Of a stretch of 43,878 nucleotides of DNA, positions 10,211 through 19,506 are shown piece by piece. The stretch is from Bacteroides sp. (GTDB taxonomy: Bacteria > Bacteroidota > Bacteroidia > Bacteroidales > Bacteroidaceae), in the NCBI GenBank assembly GCA_030523205.1, contig JAUNJD010000002.1, positions 1-43,878 of the forward strand. The letters are read 5' to 3'. A model generated the notes under the pieces. It worked only from the letters and a program-made list of their open reading frames with translations. It was not told the DNA's origin and made no database searches. The translations under genes and the position numbers were made by a program. The first letter of the stretch is position 1. The number at the start of each line of letters is the position of its first letter.

Positions 10211-13200
10211 ATGATGAAACATAAATATATAATGGCGTTGGTATGCTTGCTGATGGTCTTGACAGCAATGCCTATATCCGCACAGCAGCCGCAAACGACG
10301 TCCCAATCGCGACGTGTAAAAATGGTGCAGATTGGTGGCGTTGTGAAAGAAAAAGGTGGAGCCGGACAGAGTTTGCCGGGTGTTTCTGTAGTTGTACGTC
10401 CTCAAAAAGGGGAGGTGTATATGCGATATGGTACTACTACCGACCTTGATGGAAATTTCTTGTTGAGTGTACCGGCCGGTAGTGTTGTACAGTTTTCGTG
10501 TATAGGTTTCGAACCTGTTACACAGAAAGTCACACAATATAACAAGAGTATGGTGGTGTATATGGAGGAGTCAGTGAATATGTTGAAAGAGACAGTGGTT
10601 ATCGGTTATCAGAATAAAAGTAAGGCGGACAATACATCGGCAGTGACAGTCATCGATGCTGAAGACTTGACACAGGCACCGGTATCAAACGTAATGGAGC
10701 TATTGCAAGGTCGTGTGGCCGGTTTGAACATTCAGATGAACAATGGTGCACCGGGTGCTTCAGGCTCATTTACGGTGCGTGGTATATCGGATATTTCAAT
10801 CACTACTGTATCAACATCGGATGGTGGTGAGGAGTATGTGCTTGGCTCGTCAGCGCCCCTGTTCGTTATTGATGGCATTCCGCAGGAAGATGTGGATGAG
10901 TTCGATTCAGAAGGGTTACTCTCCGGTTCGGGTGTCAGCCCGTTGGCGACACTTCCATTTGAAGATATTGCCGATATTCAGGTGCTGAAGGATGCTGCTG
11001 CTACTTCGCTTTATGGCTCGCGTGGCGCATACGGTGTAGTGCTGATTCACACAAAGAAGGGTAATTCTTCCAAACCACAGTTTGATTATTCGATGGACCT
11101 AAAAGTCAATTTGCCACCGCGTCTGCACGATGTGTTGGCTGGTCGTTTGGAGCGTTTGTCACGCATTAATCAGGTATTGGAGAATGATACTTCTAAATGG
11201 AACGGTTATTACGATATCCATAATAATCTGGCTTTATCGGATAGCTTGAACCCATATTTCAATAACAACACCGACTGGCAGGCCAACTTCTATCGTCGTA
11301 GTTGGGCGCAAACACACAATTTGGCAGTGAGTGGAGGAAACAAGAAGTTCAACTATAAAATTAATGGTAATTATTATACAGAGGATGGTATCATCAAGAG
11401 TACGGACTTCAGCCGCTATGGTTTGCGTACCAATATGGGATATTCACCTAACGACCGTTTCGAGATGTCGGTTAATGTTAATGCGACCCTCAATCTGACG
11501 GGTACTGGTAGTGGTAGTTCATTCTCTCAGAAAGGTGTAGCCTCGGCAGCTTCTGCTTCATCACTATTGCCGCCGCCATCGATGTATTCTGCTTCAAACG
11601 ACGCGCTTAGCGCACTCATGATTGAATCGGAAGCTACGAGTGTGAAGTATGAGGCAAGTGTAAACCTCCATTATAAGTTGCCATGGAACATTAGGTGGAG
11701 TGGTACTGCGGGGTATACATACTCTAATTCAGAGGAGGAGACGTTTACACCGGCAACGCTGAACGATAGCAAGGCTAAGATTTATGGAAAGAGCTCTAAT
11801 TCGTATCGAATGTATGGACGTACTAGCCTGTCATATAATACACGTATCAAAATGATAAGACTGGGATTGACGGTAGGGGCAGAAATCAGTTCGAATCGAT
11901 CGACCGGCAATTCCATTACCCTCAGTGGATTGGCTAGTGACTATCTGTGGGGGCCGGTAGGATATAGCAGTGGCAGTGGTACTGCTAGCACTAAGACGAG
12001 TGATAACACGATTTCGTTCTCGCTGGCACCTAGCTTCGGTATTGCCAACATGGGTGCAGGTGGCGATAAGTATATATTTAATCCCACTTTGCGTCCGGAG
12101 GCCAACTCAGCTTATGGTAGGGGAGTGAAATGGATTGTCAATCCGGGTTTGGGTTTCAAGTGGAATTATTACCTTGAGCCATTTATGAAGGCTGCCGCCG
12201 ACCGTTGGCTCGACTATGGAGCTATTCGTGTAAGTTGGGGACGTACTACCAAGTATAAGGCTGACCGATATGATGTATGGGGTACCTATGTGCTCGAAGA
12301 TGAAACCTACAACGGAAGTGCTATTACGCCCATTGACTTTGATAATATGCCTAACAACAATCTCGACCCTGTTACCACCACGCAATGGAACATTGGTACC
12401 GACCTCTATGTGTTCAATCGCAAGATTGTGTTTACGGCTGATGCTTACTATAAACAGGTGGATAATCAGTTGAGCAGCATAGAGTTGGCCGACCATAATG
12501 CTTTTGATAAGATACCTACCACCGATGTCAGTCTAGTGAACTATGGTCTGGAATTGGGGCTAAATCTCCGGCCGTTATCTACGCAAAGTCCCTTTGACCT
12601 CACTGTCATGATGAACTTGGCTATCAACAAAGATGTCATCACTAAGCTGCCCAACAGTGCACGTCAAATTATCAACGAAGGTGCTACCGTTGTGAACAAA
12701 CTTGGCTCGAATGCCTTGTCCAACTATCTGTATGTATATAAAGGTGTATATGCTACGGACGAAGATGTACCAGTCGATCCCAATACTGGTTTGCGTATGC
12801 GTGTCGGTTCTTCCACCGAGCCCGAAGCCTACTTCCGTGCCGGTGACCCCATCTGGGTAGACCTCAATGGAGACTATATCATTGATGAGAATGACAAGAT
12901 GATCGTAGGCAATTCACAGCCTCGTGTTACGGGTGGTCTTGCCATTAACTTGAAGTGGAAAAATTTTTCACTCTATACCAATTGCTCGTTTGTGTTGCGT
13001 CGCGACATTATCAATAAGGTGCTAGCCGATAATTTTGCCGCTTATAGCAACCCTAACGTCTCTATCAGCAGCATGGGAAGTAAGGCATCCTTGACCCCTA
13101 TTTCGGCATATAACTTCTGGACACCGGATAATATCCATGCTGATTACCCTAATCCTTATGATTATCTGCGGGCTGATATTATCGACCCATTTCGCGCAGA

Positions 13201-13453
13201 CCAAACCCTTTTCATGGAAGATGGTTCGTACTTCAAGATTAATGGCATTACCTTGTCTTATTCCTTCCCCAAGCGTTGGACAAAGTTTCTGCATATTAGA
13301 CATGGTCGCATTCGTTTGAACATGAACAATATTTATACCTTCTCCAACTATTCGGGCATCAATCCTGAGAATGTGAACAGTTTGGGGCAAGACACTTCCA
13401 GTGGATACCCTAGTAGCCGTTCTTTCTCAATGGGATTGACAATAGGATTTTAA
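10211..13453 (+). CDS. susC: SusC/RagA-family TonB-dependent transporter 2 (canonical, with N-terminal extension and TonB box)
   Basis: CarboxypepD_reg-like NTE (LPGVSVVV...GTTTDLDGNFLL...FSCIGF); TonB box LKETVVIGYQ; LQGRVAGL, PLFVIDG, LKDAAATSLYGSRGAYGVVLIHTKKG; C-terminal F. Confidence 0.97.
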   Translation: MMKHKYIMALVCLLMVLTAMPISAQQPQTTSQSRRVKMVQIGGVVKEKGGAGQSLPGVSVVVRPQKGEVYMRYGTTTDLDGNFLLSVPAGSVVQFSCIGFEPVTQKVTQYNKSMVVYMEESVNMLKETVVIGYQNKSKADNTSAVTVIDAEDLTQAPVSNVMELLQGRVAGLNIQMNNGAPGASGSFTVRGISDISITTVSTSDGGEEYVLGSSAPLFVIDGIPQEDVDEFDSEGLLSGSGVSPLATLPFEDIADIQVLKDAAATSLYGSRGAYGVVLIHTKKGNSSKPQFDYSMDLKVNLPPRLHDVLAGRLERLSRINQVLENDTSKWNGYYDIHNNLALSDSLNPYFNNNTDWQANFYRRSWAQTHNLAVSGGNKKFNYKINGNYYTEDGIIKSTDFSRYGLRTNMGYSPNDRFEMSVNVNATLNLTGTGSGSSFSQKGVASAASASSLLPPPSMYSASNDALSALMIESEATSVKYEASVNLHYKLPWNIRWSGTAGYTYSNSEEETFTPATLNDSKAKIYGKSSNSYRMYGRTSLSYNTRIKMIRLGLTVGAEISSNRSTGNSITLSGLASDYLWGPVGYSSGSGTASTKTSDNTISFSLAPSFGIANMGAGGDKYIFNPTLRPEANSAYGRGVKWIVNPGLGFKWNYYLEPFMKAAADRWLDYGAIRVSWGRTTKYKADRYDVWGTYVLEDETYNGSAITPIDFDNMPNNNLDPVTTTQWNIGTDLYVFNRKIVFTADAYYKQVDNQLSSIELADHNAFDKIPTTDVSLVNYGLELGLNLRPLSTQSPFDLTVMMNLAINKDVITKLPNSARQIINEGATVVNKLGSNALSNYLYVYKGVYATDEDVPVDPNTGLRMRVGSSTEPEAYFRAGDPIWVDLNGDYIIDENDKMIVGNSQPRVTGGLAINLKWKNFSLYTNCSFVLRRDIINKVLADNFAAYSNPNVSISSMGSKASLTPISAYNFWTPDNIHADYPNPYDYLRADIIDPFRADQTLFMEDGSYFKINGITLSYSFPKRWTKFLHIRHGRIRLNMNNIYTFSNYSGINPENVNSLGQDTSSGYPSSRSFSMGLTIGF

Positions 13454-13491
13454 ATTCAAGTAAACTGAAAATCTCAAAAAACTTAAGACTT

Positions 13492-15021
13492 ATGAAAAAT
13501 ATAATTATCCTTCTCTCTCTTCTCTTTTTTTTCAGCAGTTGCGATTCTCTGCTGAAGACTGAAAGTGATGAAGAACTCTCGGGTGATGAGTTCTGGGAAG
13601 ATGCTACTAGTAGTGACATTGAGTCGTATATTGGTAGTATGTACTATTACTTCCGTCAGGCCACTATGCAGGATGCTGCTTTTATCGTTTTTTCAGGCGA
13701 TTTGCGCTGTGCCCCCATTGCCACTACGTATTCTACGACTTCAAAGAGTTATATGTATATTGATTATCTTATCAATAACGATCTCAACGGGTTAAGAAGC
13801 ACTTACAGTGATGATGATTATCGGGGTGGTGCTATCACTCAGTGGAAAACCTTCTACATGGTGATTCAGGAAGCCAATATTCTGCTTGAAGAAATTTCCC
13901 GTCCTAATCTTACCGAGAATGAGGTAAGTCAGTACGAGGCTGAAGCCATCTTCATTCGCAGTTTGGCCTACTTCTTTTTGGTACGTAACTTTGGTGATGT
14001 GCCTTACTACACCAATGCTTACAATCAGACGTCTTTGTCCCGTACCGACATGGTCACTGTTTTACAAGCCCTTGCCGACGACCTTCAACAGACGCTTGAT
14101 GACGATCCTGACATGATTGCCTTGCCTTGGACTTATACTAGTCTGAGTAAGAAAGCTATACGTGCTTCTCGTGGAGCTGTCTATGCCTTGCTGATGCATA
14201 TCAATATGTGGCTTGCAGGGTTCGATTCTACCAATGCCTCCGAATATTATCAGAATGTGGTAGCCTGTGGCGAACAGTTGGTAGACAACAATAATGGTTC
14301 TTATTCCCTGCTCGATATCAATCAGAGCAGTACCATCTTTGCCGGTGGGTCGGACGAAAGCATCTTCGAGATTGTACAAAACCTTAGTTATGGTGACACG
14401 GGTGAGGTGTTTGATTCGGGTTGCATATATTCCAACTACGTGACATATTCCTGCTTTTCCGGTCGATCGGCTCCGTATGTATATTATACCTATGACTTCA
14501 TGACCGATGTATATCCCGTATCGGAAGCCGGTGATAAACGAGTTTCTCTTTGGTTCAACGAAAATGCCTACTCTACTTTGGCAACCGATTATAAAGAGGT
14601 CCTCAAGTTCGAAAACGTTGATACCTACGATGGCACAGTTACCTCTAATGCCGGAAACCAAATCGTGTTCCGATTGGCTGATGCATACCTGCTTTATGCA
14701 GAAGCCTTGGCTGAATTAGGAACAGATGATTCAAAGGCTTGTGAATTGCTCAATACGATTCGTAGCCGTGCGGGTGCCTCGGAAGTAGGAGTTTCTGGCG
14801 ACGATCTCAAGGATTACATCTACTGGGAACGTGTCCGTGAACTCATAGGTGAGGGGCATTACTTCTACGACCTTGTCCGTACCGGAAAGTTGTGCGACAG
14901 CAATTATTGCTACAATGCCATTACGCGTGCCGACTATAACGAAGGAGCATGGACTTGGCCTATCAGTAGTGATGCTTTGGAAAACAATACCAATATGACA
15001 CTCAATACTTATTGGGAATAA
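13492..15021 (+). CDS. susD: SusD/RagB-family lipoprotein 2
   Basis: Lipobox FSS-C; EAIFIRSLAYFFLVRNFGDVP; FRLADAYLLYAEA; ERVRELIGEGHYFYDLVR. Confidence 0.96.
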   Translation: MKNIIILLSLLFFFSSCDSLLKTESDEELSGDEFWEDATSSDIESYIGSMYYYFRQATMQDAAFIVFSGDLRCAPIATTYSTTSKSYMYIDYLINNDLNGLRSTYSDDDYRGGAITQWKTFYMVIQEANILLEEISRPNLTENEVSQYEAEAIFIRSLAYFFLVRNFGDVPYYTNAYNQTSLSRTDMVTVLQALADDLQQTLDDDPDMIALPWTYTSLSKKAIRASRGAVYALLMHINMWLAGFDSTNASEYYQNVVACGEQLVDNNNGSYSLLDINQSSTIFAGGSDESIFEIVQNLSYGDTGEVFDSGCIYSNYVTYSCFSGRSAPYVYYTYDFMTDVYPVSEAGDKRVSLWFNENAYSTLATDYKEVLKFENVDTYDGTVTSNAGNQIVFRLADAYLLYAEALAELGTDDSKACELLNTIRSRAGASEVGVSGDDLKDYIYWERVRELIGEGHYFYDLVRTGKLCDSNYCYNAITRADYNEGAWTWPISSDALENNTNMTLNTYWE

Positions 15022-15091
15022 AGGTATATAGAATGCTTTATCCAGTATTCTGTGTAATATACGAATCGTAAAACTGAAAAAATACTTAGAT

Positions 15092-15868
15092 ATGAAATCA
15101 ACATTAAAAGCCGTTCCGGCTCTTTTACTTGCCGCCTTCATGTCCGTCCTTATGAGCAACTGCCAGGATGACAGCTATCTGATAGATGGCGGTATCAGCA
15201 CCCCTAACTACGATGGTACCATTTGGGAATATCTCAATTCTCGCCCTGATTATTTCGAAACCCTCGTTAAGATTATCGAGATTGCTGATATGGTCGATGT
15301 GTTCGATTCGGAAGAGATAACCTTCTTTGCACCTACAGATTGGTCTATCAATGGAAGTGTAAACTACCTCAGCGAACGTCTCTATCGTTACTTGGGGGAA
15401 GATAGTATTTATGACCTCCGACAGATTCCTGCTGAGGTATGGAAAGAATACCTTTCCATGTATATTCTAAAAGGTTCCTATTTGCTGAATGACATACCTC
15501 AGATAGATACGACCAATATAGCGTCCTATTCAGGACAGGCTTATCTATCCTACGGAGGACGTTCCATGAATGCAGGTGTAGTTTATGCCGATGCCAGCGG
15601 AGTGAAATATGCAGGCTATCGCCAAATTATCTATTCCTATGTCAACGATTTTACTACTATGGATATGCAGAATGCTTACATAGCTACGTGTAATATTCAA
15701 CCTACTAATGGTGTCGTTCATGTCATTCGCTTTATTGACCATGCTTTTGGCTACTATTATACCGAGTTTGCGGCCAAAGCCATCAATGCTGGTATTATCC
15801 CTATTGAGGAGATAGGGATTGATAAGACCGAAGAGGAAGAATCAACCAATTCTACTGAGGAGGAATAG
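15092..15868 (+). CDS. Fasciclin-domain lipoprotein 2
   Basis: Lipobox MSN-C followed by QDD; FAS1 motifs ITFFAPTDWSI and IQPTNGVVHVI; acidic tail. Confidence 0.85.
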   Translation: MKSTLKAVPALLLAAFMSVLMSNCQDDSYLIDGGISTPNYDGTIWEYLNSRPDYFETLVKIIEIADMVDVFDSEEITFFAPTDWSINGSVNYLSERLYRYLGEDSIYDLRQIPAEVWKEYLSMYILKGSYLLNDIPQIDTTNIASYSGQAYLSYGGRSMNAGVVYADASGVKYAGYRQIIYSYVNDFTTMDMQNAYIATCNIQPTNGVVHVIRFIDHAFGYYYTEFAAKAINAGIIPIEEIGIDKTEEEESTNSTEEE

Positions 15869-15871
15869 TTT

Positions 15872-17590
15872 ATGAGGATGACCATATATAGCATATATTC
15901 GGCACTCAAGTTCAAGGCTTTGGTGCAGTTAACCTGTATCGTTGCAGTCTTTTCAGCCTGTGAATCGTTGGACAATTCTATCACTTCCGACCCTTATGGA
16001 GGTGGAAAGGAAGCCTTGGGTATCAAATTGTCTTCCGACTCTCCTTCGCCCGCTGACGGCTATCCCGGTGATACCATAGTCTTTTCCGGCAAGGGCTTTC
16101 TAGATTACTGCAATCCTGATGCCGATGAGTATGAGTTTACATTTTACATAGCCGATGTGGCAACTCCGATACAAGCTGCTACTGACACTACGCTCACTGT
16201 TGTAGTTCCCGAAAATGTATGTTCGGGTATAACTTGCCTGGTTATTGATAACCAAGTGTTCTATGGCCCTAACTTTCCCGTTTTGGGCAATGTGGAGGTG
16301 GACGAAGAATACGGTCTGTATGATGTTGGTACCGATGACATCATTTATGACTATTTGGAAAACTCTTATATCAGTGCTGACCATAACTATTATCTCGTGG
16401 GTGCATATACCTCCATTGGTGGAAGTTCTTTCTATGGTATAGGACTTGTAGATGAAGATGGTGATGTAGCCTCTAAAAATTCCACTTATTTCGACATATC
16501 AAAGGGGTTGCTGACTACCGATCTCAACTCGTCACCTTACATTCGTTCCATTTCTTATTTCGACGATGGGCAGATGCTTATATCTGGCAATTTTTCAGCC
16601 TATGAGTCAGACAATAACAGTAATGAGATAGATTTGGGCGATGTGATTTATGTGAATAACATAGCTGTGTTGGAACATACGGCTTTCCCTGATACAACGA
16701 ACTACTATTTTGAGGAAAACTATAATTCAAAGGGTTCGTTTGACCCCGTCGGGCTATCAACCTTCAATGGAGGAAGTAAACAGACTGTTTTACGTTCGTT
16801 CATCACAGACAATCAACAAGTAATAGCCGTGGGTAACCTTACCCAATATTGTACCAACGAGTATGCCAGCTATTATTCGCTTAGTGAGGAAGTTGTTACA
16901 CAGGTGGCTACGGTGATGCGTATGAATCGCGATGGTACACTTGACGAAACCTATCGCAGTGTCGATAATGGTTATATTGGAGTAGAAGGTGGCAGCGTTA
17001 ATGATGCCTATATGGATGAGAATGAAGGTATTGTATTGGTTGGTGATTTCACCTCTTTTGATGGAATAGATGCTCCGGGCATTGTCCGACTAGATGCCGA
17101 TGGCAATGTAGATGAGAACTTTTTGGCAAATATAGGTTCGGGGATAGATGGCGAAATTACTTCGGTTCGCTACAACGCTGCATTGGACAAAGCCGTGTTA
17201 GTAGGCAAATTCTCTACCTTCAACGGGCAAGCCATAGCACGTATAGCCATTATTAATGCTGACGGTACGCTTGACGAGACTTTTGTGCCTCTTGAGTTCG
17301 CCGGAGGCTATCCTAACTTTGCAAGTATTATAAATAAGGAAAAAGTCATTGTATCGGGAGCATTCACGACCTATGGTGCAGTACCCCGTCCGGGTTTCCT
17401 TATCCTTGATATGGATGGCACTGCTACACAGGCGTACAATGTATGTGGTACCTTCAGCGGTCAGTTGCAGCAAGTGGTTGAGGCTGAAACAAGCATAGGA
17501 GGTTATGGACTTCTACTGATGGGTGAAATCTCGCGTTTCAATGGTGATGATGCACACAATATTGTGATGCTGAGTGCCAACTTCGATTAG
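15872..17590 (+). CDS. Lipoprotein with IPT/TIG-like domain and delta-60 (DUF5122-type) beta-propeller repeats, DUF5008-like
   Basis: Lipobox FSA-C; PGDTIVFSGKGF...TDTTLTVVVPE (IPT-like); repeats VMRMNRDGTLDETY, IVRLDADGNVDENF, IAIINADGTLDETF with LVGDFTSFDG/LVGKFSTFNG. Confidence 0.75.
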   Translation: MRMTIYSIYSALKFKALVQLTCIVAVFSACESLDNSITSDPYGGGKEALGIKLSSDSPSPADGYPGDTIVFSGKGFLDYCNPDADEYEFTFYIADVATPIQAATDTTLTVVVPENVCSGITCLVIDNQVFYGPNFPVLGNVEVDEEYGLYDVGTDDIIYDYLENSYISADHNYYLVGAYTSIGGSSFYGIGLVDEDGDVASKNSTYFDISKGLLTTDLNSSPYIRSISYFDDGQMLISGNFSAYESDNNSNEIDLGDVIYVNNIAVLEHTAFPDTTNYYFEENYNSKGSFDPVGLSTFNGGSKQTVLRSFITDNQQVIAVGNLTQYCTNEYASYYSLSEEVVTQVATVMRMNRDGTLDETYRSVDNGYIGVEGGSVNDAYMDENEGIVLVGDFTSFDGIDAPGIVRLDADGNVDENFLANIGSGIDGEITSVRYNAALDKAVLVGKFSTFNGQAIARIAIINADGTLDETFVPLEFAGGYPNFASIINKEKVIVSGAFTTYGAVPRPGFLILDMDGTATQAYNVCGTFSGQLQQVVEAETSIGGYGLLLMGEISRFNGDDAHNIVMLSANFD

Positions 17591-17636
17591 TGAGATACGG
17601 ATAAACAAGGATTGATAATTCAAATATAATAATAAA

Positions 17637-19457
17637 ATGAAAACTTCTATATATACTTGGATATTTGCTCGGATCCTGAATGTGTTGGCAATTGGAGGTA
17701 TGATGTTGATGATGGCTTCCTGCAACGATGAGATGTATCAGGTGGAGCGAGGACCTTATCCTGAGCCGGGTAGCACAGCCATAGCTCAAGATAAAGTGCT
17801 TTGGGTTATTGTAGATGCTGCTGGTGGGCTTGCTGTACAACAGGCCATTAACAACAGTCAGGCACGCAATTTGCGTCGTATGTTGTCTCAGTCAATCTAT
17901 ACCTTCGATGGTTTGGCCAACAGAGACGAGAGCATTGTGGTGAACGATACAATCGGTTGGCAAGCCATTATGACAGGTACTACCGATACGGCTAATCAAG
18001 ACACTACGTTGCTGCAGCGCATGAAGCTTGCGGATGCTGACAGTCGGTCGGCTATTTGGGCAGCAAGTGAGATTTTCTATAATCTTTATGCGGCTGATGC
18101 CGATGTTGCCTATCAAGCTTCATCCGATTCAGAGGCGGTGTCGCTATTAGTATCGGCTCTGGCATCAGATGATGAGTTTCCTGATTTGGGTATCATTGAG
18201 CTGAATTTAGTGGAACAGGCTGGACGAAGTGCCGGATTCTATGAAGACGATAGTGAGAATGCTACCGATGAAGTATTGTCGGCTATCTCTACTGTCGATT
18301 CACAGATAGCTACAATTATTGCTGCACTCCAGTCTCGCGATAGTTACGACAAAGAGAACTGGGTGGTCATGATAACCTCTAATTATGGTGGCATACAAAG
18401 TAACGAAGGTAGCAATGTATACGAAATGAAGGACCGGAATATATTCTCCATGATATGGAGTGAGGACTTTGCGGCAGAATTACTGTCTGAACCTTCACAA
18501 AGCGATTTATATTACGATTATTATGTACCCCTTTTCTCAAACAACGGACTGAACTCAACCGCCTCTGTACGCAATGCAGATTTGTTTAATATTGATCCCG
18601 ATTCATCATATACGGTACAGTTCATGTTCCGTGAATTTTACACATCGGGCAATGGATTCGGTAATGCGTCGGGTGCACATACCATGGTGTCGAAGGCTGA
18701 TGGCGGAGCGAATAGTTGGTCGCAAGGATGGAAGGTATTGTGGCAAAGCAATAGCGTTCGCATCTATTGCAGTGCATTGAACAACTCCAGCCGACGTGTG
18801 ACGTTGAGCTCAGGAGTACGCCGTGATAACGATTGGCATGTGTTAACACTAGTGTTCGACCGTGAGAAGGCACATCTCTACACTTACCAAGATGGTGTAA
18901 GCGATGGACGTCAGGACGATTCTGAATTGAATTTGAGATTTGATTCACGGGGAGAACCTACTAGCGACAACCCACTTTCGATAGGTATGATTGCTAATTC
19001 CATAACTTCCGGAAATACTCGTTTTTCTATAACCAATCTGCAAATATACAATGTGGCGCTTCCCGAGGATTTCATTGTGGATAATTATTCACAGACTCAT
19101 TTGGAAGAGGTTCAAAATGAGTATTGGGATAATTTGATAGGTTATTGGCCAGCCGACCGGGAAGAAGATTTGTATTTCGGTACAGTTTATGATTATTCGC
19201 AATATGCTGAAGAACGCGATGGTAAGTCGGATATGGACATTACGGGCGAATGGAGCTCGTCGAGCTCTTGGACAATCGGCAGTAGCTTGAGCGATAATGC
19301 TACACCTTTGGCGGAAGATTCCTATTATCAATCGGTGATTAATACAGTAGATTTAGCCTATCAGACTTTTCTTTGGTTGGGCGTTTCGGTTAGCGATAGT
19401 TGGTCGTGGGAAGGTATTGCACGAACTTTACCGTATGAAACGTTGGATACCGACTGA
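17637..19457 (+). CDS. Lipoprotein with alkaline-phosphatase/NPP-like fold plus LamG domain (DUF4983-like); catalytic motifs degenerate
   Basis: Lipobox MAS-C; KVLWVIVDA...WQAIMTG...VDSQIATIIAAL...NWVVMITSNYGG (AP-superfamily pattern); LamG-like DNDWHVLTLVFDR...YQDG...LQIYNVAL. Confidence 0.7.
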   Translation: MKTSIYTWIFARILNVLAIGGMMLMMASCNDEMYQVERGPYPEPGSTAIAQDKVLWVIVDAAGGLAVQQAINNSQARNLRRMLSQSIYTFDGLANRDESIVVNDTIGWQAIMTGTTDTANQDTTLLQRMKLADADSRSAIWAASEIFYNLYAADADVAYQASSDSEAVSLLVSALASDDEFPDLGIIELNLVEQAGRSAGFYEDDSENATDEVLSAISTVDSQIATIIAALQSRDSYDKENWVVMITSNYGGIQSNEGSNVYEMKDRNIFSMIWSEDFAAELLSEPSQSDLYYDYYVPLFSNNGLNSTASVRNADLFNIDPDSSYTVQFMFREFYTSGNGFGNASGAHTMVSKADGGANSWSQGWKVLWQSNSVRIYCSALNNSSRRVTLSSGVRRDNDWHVLTLVFDREKAHLYTYQDGVSDGRQDDSELNLRFDSRGEPTSDNPLSIGMIANSITSGNTRFSITNLQIYNVALPEDFIVDNYSQTHLEEVQNEYWDNLIGYWPADREEDLYFGTVYDYSQYAEERDGKSDMDITGEWSSSSSWTIGSSLSDNATPLAEDSYYQSVINTVDLAYQTFLWLGVSVSDSWSWEGIARTLPYETLDTD

Positions 19458-19506
19458 TGAGAATGTTCATTACGATATTGTCTTTCATTAATGTAAAAGA
19501 GAATTT

